A DNA stretch of 61,747 nt from Octopus bimaculoides (lineage: Eukaryota): contig NC_068984.1 of assembly GCF_001194135.2 (NCBI RefSeq), positions 101,959,905 through 102,021,651 on the forward strand, given 5' to 3'. The translations under genes were made by a program, and so were the position numbers. Positions 24,006-37,200 of this stretch are shown here, one piece after another. Within the stretch, counting starts at the first letter, position 1; every line of letters begins with the position of its first letter. A model generated the notes under the pieces. It saw only the letters and a program-made list of their open reading frames with translations. It was not told where the DNA came from and ran no database searches.

Positions 24006-24203
24006 AGGCTTCTTTCAGTTTCTGTCTGCAAAATCCACTCACAAGGCTTTGGTCAGCCCAAGGCTGTAATAGAAGACATTTGCCCAAGGTGCCATGCAGT
24101 GGGACTGAACCCAGAACCATGTGGCTGGTAACAAAGCTTCATACCACACAGCCACAAAACCTCGAGAAAACATGAAATGATTCATTTTTAACAGTAGAAC
24201 TTG

Positions 24204-25508
24204 TATATAAAGCTAAAAATAACAATTTGTAAATATTGGATTAAAATCCCTTTGAGATAGGAAAAGTTGAAGGCTACCAAAAGGACTTAAAGCCCACATC
24301 TTCTCTAGTGAAAGCTTCTCTCTCCCTCTGTTATATATACCTAAATGCAGACGTAGCAGATAACAGCTAGCCTTCTCTCTCCCTCTGTTATATATACCTA
24401 AATGTGGATGTAGCAGATAACAGCTAGCCATCGGCCGCACCTTGGACCCTGTTGTGTCCATCACTCTGATTGCGTCCAGAGTCACTAGTTCTATTTCGCT
24501 CCAGAGTGCAAACCAACCAATCATAGCCTTCTGATGAGGTCACGTGAGACAGTGTTTTTGATCCTCTGGTAAGCCGATTTCTATTCTTAAAATAGTCAGC
24601 TTCATCTGCGCTAAGTTTGTCGCGACTCTAGACCTTCTCAGGTCTAGTCGCTGACCACAGAGCACCAGCTCATTCCAGCGACGACATTACTCCACTCCAT
24701 TGGAGAACCAACACCAGTCTTCTGCGTTGCCACTTCCAGCTTCTTTGCGTCTACCCCGACATCTCTATGTACACAGCGCCCGCACAGTTTCTTTCAACAC
24801 TGTTTGTGTGAATTGCTCACACACAGAAATAACAGTCCGAACTCAACCTGCGAGAACTCCTGTATCAAGTAACCAGCTCGGCATGGAAGCCTCAACTTCT
24901 ACACGACATGTGTCTTATTTTAGCTCTGCCTCGATGCCACAACTTCTTGCTACAGCAACTCAACCACTGTGTTAGTACGAACTGGTATTTCACATTTCAT
25001 TGTGTCTGGACTTTTAACGTCCCTATTTATAGACTGTTTTCTATGCTCTGTACCTTAGTTACAAACTGACGTTTCACGACGTCCTTACTTATTTATAGAC
25101 AGTTTACTATGCTCTGTATCACTTGCATTCACATACATATTTGTATTTGCACACACTCTTTGTTTACATGACAGCCTGTCTTATATTGTGTTTTATTATG
25201 TCGCATACACACACTTACACAGACATTTTAGTTTATACCAATAAACCTTATTTTTATACATCTTTACTAGTCGAGTCTCTCTCTTTTCCTTGTTGGCACT
25301 TAACTTATTCCATCTATTTGTTTTTCTCTTATATTTGTGTCGACCGTGTGACACGCTAAAAGGAGACGGTCCTTCGTCACCATCTCCTTGGTCGCACGGT
25401 TGTTTCTACATATATAAAGCTAAAAATAACAACTTGTAAATATTGGATTAAAATCCCTTTGGGATAGGAAAAGATGAAGGCTGCCAAAGGGACTTTAAAC
25501 CCACATCT
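24204..25508. repeat. ~1.1-kb insert flanked by 98-bp direct repeats (24204-24301, 25411-25508); LTR-like
   Basis: Repeats differ at ~7 of 98 positions. Insert contains a 57-bp tandem duplication (24315-24428) and ends CTACA (TGTAG on the minus strand). Confidence 0.6.
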
Positions 25509-26850
25509 CTAAACCTAACAAATGTTCTATATTTGCTTATGAAGTAGGAACTTGATTCCTATCATTAATATATGTTACCTCATTTCAAATTTCCTTGCAT
25601 TTCAAAATTTGATCTTTTACCAGGTGAGAGAATGCCTTTGTTAAACATGCGTATTGTTTTTTAATCATTGTACCCAAAACACATTTTGATAATAGATAGC
25701 CTTATTTCAACTGAAAAACTGAGGTTTTCAAAAATACAGATGCAGTATTTGACCAGATGTTCAATGTGTGAAGTCAAATGACCCAACTTTAACATTGGAT
25801 AAAACACTTTATAAGAAAATAAAGGAAAATTTATTCAATTAATGTGTAAATGATACAAAACTGTGTACATAAACCAGTATTGATGATCTTTTCTCAATGA
25901 CCAAGCAGCCATCTCGGGTACAAAAAGAAATTCTCATGGCATTCCCTAACTTCATGATGATGTCAGTCATTGGACTGTGGCCATGCTGGGGTATTTATTG
26001 CCTACAAAGGTTTTAGCTGTGACTATGTCTACCAACTCCAGTATTTATGTTTATTTGCCAGACAACTAAGGGACAGGATATAAAAAGGCACAATCAGATC
26101 ACACTTTAAATTGGTATAAACATAAAACACATTTTGGAAATGCACTGCCTATTGTCATTTTGTTGCAGTAATGTCAGGTTTATTGTGATATCCAGTGGTC
26201 TATCATCATTTAATGTCCGTCTTCTGTGGGGTAGACAGTTTCACAAGATCTAACAAATTAGAGTACTGCATCATGCTCCAATGTGATATCTGATGGCCTG
26301 TTGTTGTTGTCGTCATCAACATCACCAACATCATCATCATCACTACCTCAATCAACATAATCATCATCATCATCATTTAATGTCTGTCTTCCATGCTGAC
26401 AATGGATTAGATGGCTTGAATGCATCCATGAGTTGGAGGACTGCATTGGGTTCCAGTGTAATGTCAGGTGGTTTATCACTTGTCAATATCATCTTCGTAA
26501 TCATTTAATATCTGTCTTCTGTGTCATCATGCGTTAGACGACTCAGTAGGAATTCAATAAATCAGAGGGTTGATATATGGTAAGCTGGTTGTCATTACCA
26601 TCATCATCATCATTGTAATCATTTAATGTCTGTCTTCCCTACTGGTATGGGTTGGACAGTTTGACAGTCAATGAGTCAAAAAGCTAAGTCAATTTCAAAT
26701 GTGATATCTGATGGGCTTTTAGTCTAAAGTTCCACACTGTGTCTACATCGTCATTTTCTAAAACAGGAGGTTCATATAAGTACTAGAGAACATTTCTTCT
26801 AAGGAGGTGAAACTGAGTAGCCAAGCATATGTAAAGTAACATTATCATGA

Positions 26851-27660
26851 TTAAGGTGGTGAGTGATAAAACCGGTAGAGCGAGGATAATTTCTTTGTTA
26901 TTTATTTACCTTTGTTTGTGAATAGAGTTCAAATCTTGCTAATGGCCAACTTTGCCTTTTATCATTCTGGGGTCAATATAATAAAGTACCTAAATTCCGC
27001 CGGGGTCAACTTTGCCTTTCATCCTTTCAGGGTTGAAGTACCAGTTGCATATTGAGGTCGATCTAAGTGACTGGCCCCCTCCCCCAAAATTCCAGGCCTT
27101 GTGCCTAGAGTAGTAAAGAATATAATAAAGTACCAGTGAAACACTGGGCTCAATGGTATCAACTAAATGTCTTTCCTCAAAATTGTTGGTCTTATGCCTA
27201 AACCAAAGGTGGCAAACTGGCAGAATTGTTAGCATGCCAGACAAAATGTTGCTAAGCATTTTGCTTGCCTTTACATTCTGAGTTCAAATTCCATGAAGGT
27301 TGATTTTGCCTTTCATCCTTTCTGGGCCAATAAAATAAGTATCAGTTGAACACTGGGGTTGATGTAATTGACTTCCTCCTTCCCCAAAATTGCTAGCCTT
27401 GTACCAAAATTTGAAATCATTGTCATCAACAACAACAACAAAGTGGTGAGCTGGCAGAATTGTTAGCATGCTGGACAAAAGGCTTAGCAGAACTTCTTGT
27501 TTTACTCTGATGTCAAATTTTACCAAGGTCAACTTCGCCTTTCATCCTTTCAGGGTCAATAAATTCAGTACCAGTGAAATACAGGGATTGATATATTCAA
27601 CTGACCCTTCCTTACTCTCTCCCAACTTTTCAGGCCTTGTGCCTATAGTAGGAAGGGTTG
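26851..27660. mobile_element. Cluster of 4-5 family A SINE copies and fragments
   Basis: Repeated family A head and tail motifs, mostly on +, with one short inverted fragment near 27126-27200. Confidence 0.75.
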
Positions 27661-29199
27661 TTATTATTTGTTTGTAAAGATAGCTATGTAAGTAAAAAGT
27701 TCATTTCCCATACATGTGACTCCAGTTCAATCTTACTGCATGCTACTTTGGATAAGAGTCTTCTACCATACACTCCCTTTAGTGAAACTGAGTTGATGGA
27801 AACTATGCAGAAGCCTGTTGGGGATAGACTGCATCTTTTTGGGGGGTGAGCAAGGAGAGCAGACTTAACCTATTGCTGAGTTTAGTACCCCCAACTGGTT
27901 GTTATTGTATGCATTTATTAACTTCTTTGTTTCCATTTCTTTTTTCATATTTCTTTTTTTCATACATGGAACTTACTTTATTGATCCTCAATGAAAGAAA
28001 TGCAAAGTGGACTTTTCCCTGCAGGATTTGATTTCACAATGAAGTGGGACAATATTGTATACACTGCCTATGTAACCATACCTATTTCTCAGACTCCAGT
28101 ACTATATGTAAACCTAAAATATTTGAGATAATTCTACTGTAGTCTACACATAGATGATAAGATGCAGTCATATATTTCTCTGTTATCCATTTATTTGGGA
28201 CTTATATGTCAATCTCTCTATTTTTCTACTATTATCATATGTAGTCTGCAGAGAATTCTGATCTAAACAATTTTAAGACAATAAGTTTTTAAGTACAAGA
28301 AAATTAAATTACCTTGACAAGTATCAACTATCTCATTATCATACCTGGTCACTTTTAAAGGACATCTATGACAACACAATGAAAGCTGTAAAAGCTTTAA
28401 CTGCCTACCCTTCAGCATACAGGAATCAAGGTTCCTTTTGTTCTGCAATGCAAAGGACCTAATTGCAGCACTTCAGGTAACTAGTCATCCACCTGAAGAA
28501 GAAGATAAAAAAGCAAACTACTTGTATAGAAAGCAGGATAGCTATTGATTGTGAAGACAAAGCCTTTAATTAGTGAAGAATTTTCTACTTAATATAGCCT
28601 GGTGATCAACAACCTTAAAGCTAAACAGTTTCAGAGGCATAAATTTTGTCAAATGAGCATAATATTAGAAATATAAATGGAGGATTAATTTCATCTTTAC
28701 AAACATAACATGCAACAAACATTGGATGTGGAACATTTAGATAAAAGAAAGACTGCAGAATAAGAATGTGTAACAAAAATAAATACAGTTTCAAGCCAAA
28801 CTGTCACACATGTATGAAAGGGGAAGAAAGAAATTAACCTGAGCATTGCCAAAGTCACAAAGAATTTGACTGTGCCATCCACAATTTTGAGACAGTCATC
28901 ACTGGTCCATAAAGTAGATCTCTCCAGTCAGGTCAAGTTTGGCATCAAGCAAAATATGTGTTGCTTTTAAAACAAAGAACAGAATGAAGAGGCAAGGTCT
29001 GTTATTGTATCATATAGCAACCTTACACTAACTCCATTATGTTTGAGATTTGGGGACAAGGGTGAACCTGACAGCATTGTCTCTTGGTTCAGTAACACCT
29101 ACACCACAACCTCTAGCACAATCTTGTCACCTTACAACAATGAAAAGACAGTAAGTGATATAGTGGGACAGAAGTTAAGGTAGGAAATAAATAGATCAC

Positions 29200-30410
29200 A
29201 AAATAAAGATTATACCTACAAGACCAGACAGAGACTTATATCATAGAAGACAACTGAGTTTTTCTATGAGGACAACCTACATTGAGTAGCAGATCAGGGT
29301 TGTAGTTGGTAAAAGATTCCTGGCAGATGGAAAGTGACTTAATGGGAAGATTACTTGATAGAGTCATAAAAGCTACAAATGAAGCTTAGAAAGAAAAGGA
29401 GTAATGAACTATATCTGGTAGCTAGAAGAAATGCTAAATGCCAGGAATACTTAGATAAAGGAGAAGGAGAAATTAAGAAGATTACACATATTCTGTGACA
29501 TGAAGATTAAAGATATTGGGGTGGTGTTCTAAATTACAAAGTATTGTTTCAGTGTAAGTGAAAACGTTGATAAAGAGTGGAATGATTGTGGTGCATTTGC
29601 TGTCATTGGTGGAAATAAATAATAGATTAAAATAAAATATAAAAGAGGTTTGAAAATGTTACTACAAGAGTTTGCTGAATGAGGAGAATGTATGAGAGGA
29701 AGAGGAACTACTCTGAGCTGATCCAACAGAAGGACCAGCTATTGACATTGATAGTTGCATGGTTCAAAGTATGATTAAGGATATGAAAAGGAGGTTAGGC
29801 TGTTAGTGTGTCAAGAAGAGACACTATGATTCTAAGAATATCCAGCAAAGTAGATCACTCTGCTAATCACTCAGGAATATGTTTTTCCCCCTTCTAATCA
29901 AATTATCAAACTATGAACATTTGTAAGAATGGAAGTTGTTCTAACCAGGATTTTATCATTTTGTATGAAATCAGGTCTTTTTGTACTATCCTTCTCTACT
30001 GTTTGAACATCGGAGACCTAAAACTCTGGGTAACAGCTGGTAAAGTTTTCAGTTTTCAGCATGGTCTACAATGTTAGAGTCCATCAACAACAAGGAACAG
30101 ATGAGTTGAGAGAAAAGCTGGGCATAAGAGTAATCAGATAAAGCATACAGGGGAGACTGATGACAGCATTGGTAATATATAAGGATGATGACAGGTGAGT
30201 AAAGAAGTACCAGGGGATCTATGTGCAAGGAACCAGTGGAACAGGTAAAGAGGAAAACAAAGGTAGACATTGGCAGAAGGAGTGAAGCTGATCTCAGGAG
30301 GTTGACCTTCAGAAAGGATATAACAAAGGAACACATGTGGCAGAATGCTGTACTGGGGAAGATCTGCTTAACTGATGCAAGCACAGAATAAAACAGGCAT
30401 AAAATTATAA
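29200..30410 (+). mobile_element. Highly decayed RTE-clade LINE fragments
   Basis: Peptide traces ELYLVARRNAK..KGEGEIKKI and DELREKLGIRVIR..RL..VKK..GT.G.G..W...ADLR.L; 3' tail ctgatgcaagcacagaataaaacaggc. Confidence 0.55.
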
Positions 30411-31066
30411 GAATGTGTGTGTGTGTGTGTGTGTGCACACGCACGTGTGTGGCTGGGATTCAAAGGATTCTCAGTTATGGCTAGATGTTTCCATCTAACC
30501 ATTCAATTACTATGCAAAAACTAACATGGTAAATGTTACTCCTATATGCACAATTAAAGTGTTTCATTGTATTTGTAACTGACATGATTTAGTGACGATT
30601 TTATTGACTAGATGTCCACCTTATCACTAACCACTTTACAGTTTGAACTGGATGTATCGTATTGTGCAACCAGCGCCACAGAGGTTGACCATCAAAACTG
30701 AGATGTCTCTTCTACACTGCTTTTGTTAATGATTAGTTTTTGAAGAGTTCTTAGAGTAAAACATTTCATATATTGCTGTTTACATTAAAGTTTGATCAAT
30801 ATATTGATTTCAAATTTTGGCATAAGGTCAGTAATTCTGGACATAAGTTGATTATACCAACCCCAGTGCTCAACTGGTACATTTTATCAACCCCAAAAGG
30901 ATAAGTTGACCTCATCAGAATTTGAACTCAGAACATAAGGATGAACAAAACACTACTAAGCATTTTGCCCAGTGTGCTAATGGTTCTGCCAGTTCACCAC
31001 CTTAATATATTACAAATATATTATATATAAATAATTTCCAGTATTTCATACAATAAAAAGTAATAT

Positions 31067-31072
31067 TTTATT
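31067..31072 (-). promoter_or_regulatory. Candidate GAS8 polyadenylation signal
   Basis: AATAAA on the minus strand ~80 nt after the stop codon. Confidence 0.5.
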
Positions 31073-31149
31073 TTATACATATCATTCCTGTTTTCAGAAT
31101 TTCAGATGTCATTCCGTTTTAAAGCAATGAAGGGAAGTTGTAAAAGATG

Positions 31150-31299
31150 TTATACTTTTGCTGAGACCAGACCAGCTGGTCCATTACCAAGGACTTGCTC
31201 TGGCACTGACGATTCGAGTGGCTTAAAACCAAGTTCTTCTTTAGGGATTCCAAAAGTTTGAAGTTTAGCTTCATATGTATGCAGAAGATCATTGTGCGC
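31150..31299 (-). CDS. GAS8: GAS8 exon 10 (last)
   Basis: ctttccag|[29 protein letters not shown]...SAKV-TAA. Confidence 0.95.
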   Translation of the reverse strand, partial: AHNDLLHTYEAKLQTFGIPKEELGFKPLESSVPEQVLGNGPAGLVSAKV

Positions 31300-34200
31300 C
31301 TGGAAAGATAGTATCAAGAATTTTATTAAAATTAATATTGATGATAAGGATTGATTTCACACACACACACACATGTATGCATGCATGCATGCAAACAATC
31401 AGATAGATATACACATATATGTAAATTCTGGATTGGTGTCTGATGTGTTGGAAGACCACTGGGAGTGAGCCCCCCCCCCCAGCTTTTGTTAAAGCTAATA
31501 TAAAACCAGATGTAGGGAAAGGCATTGAACATTTTTGGGATCTTTTTCTTGCACTTAAGAACATGGTAGCCAAACATAAGAAATTTACAGGCACATTACA
31601 ACCCCACCACCACTGCTACCATCACTGTCACAACCACTACCACCATCCACCACTGATAGTTGCAGAGGAACAGCAACTTCTGTGCTCTGATTAGCTCACT
31701 TCACCCACCTCTGCTGTGGTAGAAATTACAGCGGACAGAAATAGATTTTATGATAGAAGGAATGTCACATTGCACAATTAACTATTGAAGTATGCAATAT
31801 GTCTCTCAGATAAGTGAATAATTTGCAAGAATAGATCAGTGCCTAACACCTAATCATTTGGTCATAGACCTACTTGATCCAGAGGGCTGTACAACAACAA
31901 AAACAACAACAATGCAAATGTACCAATAAAATAAGAGAAGGCTAAACCTTACCTTACAAACTCGTGCCAATTCAAACTGAAGATCTTTAATTGCAGTATT
32001 TTTGGACACCAAAACTTCCTGCAAAGAAAAATACAAACTCTGTAACAATTCTTGACTTTATTTCATAACACTGTGTAACATGATTTTTGTCCCTGGGTAG
32101 CCACTGTTATTTCCTATTTGCTTACCCCTAGAAAGTATGAAAAATAGCTATTTCCTTCAAACTTTGTTTTTATTACATTTATTCAAACCCCAAAAGAATC
32201 CCTCTCAACACATAGCTATGATGCTCCCACATTACTCCTGCTCATGATCAGAGATGCACATATTGTCAGCTACTAAGGGACATGCTCAAGTGGTTAAGGT
32301 CAAGCTATTGACGAGCAGATCTGTGGTATTGAGCAAAACGTTTGCTATAATGAAATTTCTGTTTCAACAAGTCAGTGCTGAATCTGTCTGAAATGTAATG
32401 GAATATAGGTCAGTTTCAAAACATTGGTGTTCAGGTCATAACAGCAAAGCTTGAAGGGAATAATAGTCATTTCCTTTGATTTCTAGATAGGAGCAAATAG
32501 GAAATAACTCTTACTGACCAAAGACGAAAAAAAAATTAAAATTTTGTTACACTGTGTAATAAGTGTAGCAACTTTTACAAACAGTTTCTTATTTTTCAGG
32601 GTTTTTTTTTAACAAGCAAACAGAAGGTTAGGTGAAATTTCTTGTTTGTACGTAACAGCAGTAGATCATCATCATTTACTGTTCATGTTTCATGCTGGTA
32701 TAGGTTGGACAGCTTGGAGGATCTGATGGGTCCAAGGACTGCATAGTGTTCCAGTGTCTGCTTTAGCATGGTTTCTATTACTGGATGCCCTTCCTAACAT
32801 CAACTTTCAGAATGATATAACACAAACCATGTTTGCACCTGTATAAAAGGGTAAAAACCCCCTTTGGTCATGAATGACTATGGAATTGCACCTAGAAAGT
32901 TGCCCTCCAAGGCACAAGTCTGGACAAGTTTGTTTACAGAAGACTAGAGTCACCTATGCATACCATCCTCCCCTCTCCAAGCTCCTGATGTTATCCAAGG
33001 GAATGGCATAGGCACCAGTTTGATACCAGTGATGTCACAACTCATTTCTTCAGCTGAGTGGACTGGGGCAACATGAAATAAAGTGTCTTGCTCAAGAACA
33101 CAACACACAGCCCAGCCCAGGAATCAAACTCACTACCTCATGATTGTGAGCCTAACACTCTAACCACTGAGCCATGCACCTTCACACACTTGTATAACAC
33201 TCCAAACTATTAACAGTAAAAACCAATTTCAGTAATTTTGTTGTGTCTAGGGAGAGTCATTATGCCAATATTTGTTTCAACACATGAATTCACATAAAGA
33301 ATCTTGCAAACGAGACATGAAAACAATTTCAGTAAATAGCATCAAATTCTATTAACTCACAGTGACAAAAACAGTTGCAAACATTTACTCTTGGAAAGTT
33401 TACAGCCAGTGAAGAATCACTGCAATATTACTGCTAGGCAGAAATGTTGTAATTACCTCAAGTTTATGTGTGATCATGTTGAGGGCTGAGGGATCGAGGT
33501 TAGAACAAGAGAGAACTTCGTTGAGTTGGCCTTCTTTTTGTTCAAGCAATTCCCCAAGAGTAGCCATCTTTTTCTCTAAGAGAAGATTCTTAAAGCTACT
33601 CTTCTGTTGCACCTCATGAATTGATTTGACAAACTGGTTGTATAATTCGTCTCTCTCCTCCTGGATCTACAGAACAAAGAATAGAATAAAGCAATATTAA
33701 AGACATCTGAAACTATCAGTTTTTACTTGATAATTAATTCATCCCCCTCTCTCACTCCCTCTCCCTTTAGATGGAGAAGCCATCATGTACTCACCTCTTC
33801 AGTAAGACACTTGTTCTTGTCCCTCTATCAATAAGTTCAACATGACAACTTTGGAGGACCCAAAATTCCATGTGAAATGCAGCAGAATTTGGATGTTTGA
33901 ATGTTTACCTCACATCTTTTATCTTTTAATTGTTTCACTCATTAGACGGCAGCTGTACTGGGGCACGTTGAATGAATCAACACCAGTACTTACTCCTTAC
34001 TATTTTTACTCTTTTACTTGTTTCAGTCATTTGACTGCGGCCATGCTGGAGCACCACCTTTAGTCAAGCAAATCAAATCCGGGACTTATTTTTTGTAAGC
34101 CTAGTACTTATTCTATTGGTCTCTTTTGCCGAACCGCTAAGTGACGGGGACATAAACACACCAGCATCGGTTATCAAGCAATGCTAGGGGGACAAACACA

Positions 34201-37200
34201 GACACACAAACACACGCACATATATATATATATATATATATACGATGGGCTTCTTTCAGTTTCCGTCTACCAAATCCACTCACAAGGCTTTGGTTGGACC
34301 GAGGCTATAGTAGAAGACACTTGCCTAAGGTGCCATGCAGTGGGACTGAACCCGGAACCATGTGGTTGGTAAGCAAGCTACTTATGACACAGCCAATATT
34401 TATTTATTTATTTATTTTGTTAAGCCTGGTACTTATTCTATCAGTTTCCTTTGCCAAACCGCTAAGTTATGGAGACATAAACCCACCAACACCAGTTGTC
34501 AAGTAGTGTTGGGGGACAAACACTGACACAAAGACACACACACACACGTACACACACACACACACGCACACACCACACATACATATATACAACAAGCTAG
34601 CTGCTTTCAGTTTCCATCTACCAAATTTACTCACAAGGCTTTGGTTGGACCAAGGCTATAGTAGAATTCACTTGCCCAAGGTGCCCTGCAGTAGGACTGA
34701 ACCTGTAAACATGTTGTTGGGAAGCAAGCTTCTTACCACACTGGAAAATACAGTATTACTAATAGAACACACACACACTATTTAAAAACTGATAACAAGC
34801 ATCTCAGATATCAATATTAGAGAATAAGGGTCAATTGTAATCTTTAGCAGAAAATTATATCTAAAAAAAAAATTGAAACTAAGAAAGTGCATACAATTAT
34901 AAAGATTTTAAGTTATTCAAATTAAATATCTTTTGTTCCACTAATGTTTTCATACTAGCCTTTTCTGTACCAAATTTCTGTTGAAATACACTGCATTTGT
35001 TTAAATTGATTTTGAAAATTATGAAGAACTTAGTAAAGTAAGAGAGTATTGTGTATTGTTTGTAAAGAATAAAAAGTTTTGAATGGTACAACAATGCACT
35101 ATAATACAAAAAATGGACTATATACTTGTTGTAATTTAGTTATCTATAGTCCGATGATACTTCGAAATACAATTCCTTCTTCAGATCTTCTTAGATGGAG
35201 TCTCTGGAATATCATCGGACTATAGATAACTAAATTACAACAGGTATATAGTCCATTTTTTGTATTAGAGTGCATTGTTGTACCATTCAAAACTTCTTAT
35301 TTTTAGTAAAGTAACTTTTTCGCAGTTAAGCCGGTGAGTGAAATCTAAATTAACTTGAATTTTTTTATGGAAGGATTTAATTTAGATCACTTTAAAACAA
35401 AGTTTGTGTCACTGAAGCAGAGGTGGTCTGGGACAGGTTCATATCAAAAGGGTCAGTGATTTGTATATTCGTGTTATGAAAGTAAGCAAGTAATAATAAA
35501 TACAAAAGAATGGACATAAAGCTCTAACTTTTTCAAATCGCTGCTCAAGGACCTCATGTTCCCACTGTAATCCTTTTAATTCTTCCAAGGTCATTTTTAA
35601 TCTAGCTTTGGTCATCTGAAAGAAAGGAAAAGGTAACAATATATTAGCATCTGCCTACATTCCTATATGAATGTGTGTATTAGTATACACATCTGTGTGT
35701 ACTAATACAGAAATGACAAAGGACCAAGATACCTGGTGCCTTGCTGTACTCAAGAAGACCCATCCTTCATAGCGGAAGTGTTAAAGCCACTCCCCTTGGG
35801 GAAGAGGATTGGCCTGCAAGACTCCTGTGCTGATGCCATGCTAAAAGCACTCATGCTGGTGCCACATAATCGCACTCCTGCCAGTACCACATTAAAAGCA
35901 CCCAGCACACACTGTAAAGTGATTGGCATTAGGAAGGGCATCCAGCTGTAGAAACCAAACCAAATCAGACTGGAAGCTGGTGTAGCTTCATAGCTTGCCA
36001 GCTCTGATCAAACTATCTAACCCATGCCAGCATGGAAAACGGATGTTAAAGGATGATGATAATGATGATGAGATGGAGGATCTGTGTGTATGTGTGTGCG
36101 TATGTACACATCATAAACATGTTTGCTTGTAAATTTAGACACTTACTTGATTAGACAACACAATTATTTCTTATTATGAGAAACCTTTCTTAATAGCAAG
36201 TTCTCAGTAAAGAAACAGTACTAGGACCTACATTTTAAGTATACTACAGGAGGCAAAATAAGGTGCCTTGCTCAATGATAGAATACAATATCTGTGATAT
36301 ACTTGAAATTTGTAACTTAAATAGTGTAACAATATAACAGTTACATACCATACATTACAAAGGACCAAAATACCTGGCGCCTTGCTGTACTAAAGAAGAC
36401 CATTCCTCCACAGCAGAAGTGTTAAGGTCACTCCCCTTGGGGAAGAAGAGTCCTATGCTGATGCCATACAAAAAGCACTTGGGCCAACGCCATGTAATTG
36501 CGCTTCTGCCGGTACCACATTAAAAGCACCCAGCACACACTGTAAAGTGGTTGGCATTAGGAAGGGCATCCATCTGTAGAAATCAAGCCAAATTGAACTG
36601 GAACCTGGTGTAGCTTTGCAGCTTGCCAGCTCTGGTCAAACCATCCAACCCATGCCAGCATGAAAAATGGATGTTAAAGTATGATGATGATGATGATGAT
36701 CTATGAGGATGTGTGTGTGTGTATGAACATATTGTAAATATATTTGTTTGTAAATTTAGATACTTGCTTGATAAGGAAAAACAATTACTTCTTATTATAT
36801 GAATCCTTTCTTAATAGCAAGTTCTCAGAAAAAGATACAATACTAGGACCGACATTTTAAGTATACTACAGGAGGTAAGATAAGGTGCTTTGCTTAATGA
36901 TAGAATACAATATCTGTGATATACTTGAAATTTGTAACTTAAATAGTGTAACAATATAACTGTTACATACCATGCATTACAAATACTATAACCTTGTGAT
37001 TACCTTTTTACTTTAAGAATGAAAAATAAGATTTGTTACCTTGAGGCATTGTTTGTCTTTCTCATAGTTAGCAAGAGCTTTCCGCAGCTCCTCAACTTCT
37101 TCTCGAGCACGCTGTAAAGGCTCAGTTAACCGTTTGTTTTCTGTAATTAAATCAGCCATCTGCTTTTCAAGGCGTTCTTCTTTCTTTTTCATTTCTTCTA

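Noticed and set aside
23285-24131. Long ORFs crossing N-runs (also at 2444-2890, 7044-7399, 14216-14658, 38982-39524)
   Set aside because: Artefacts of translating assembly gaps.
24527-24550. CTGATGAG-GTC…GAC as a hammerhead
   Set aside because: No GAAA follows the putative stem II.
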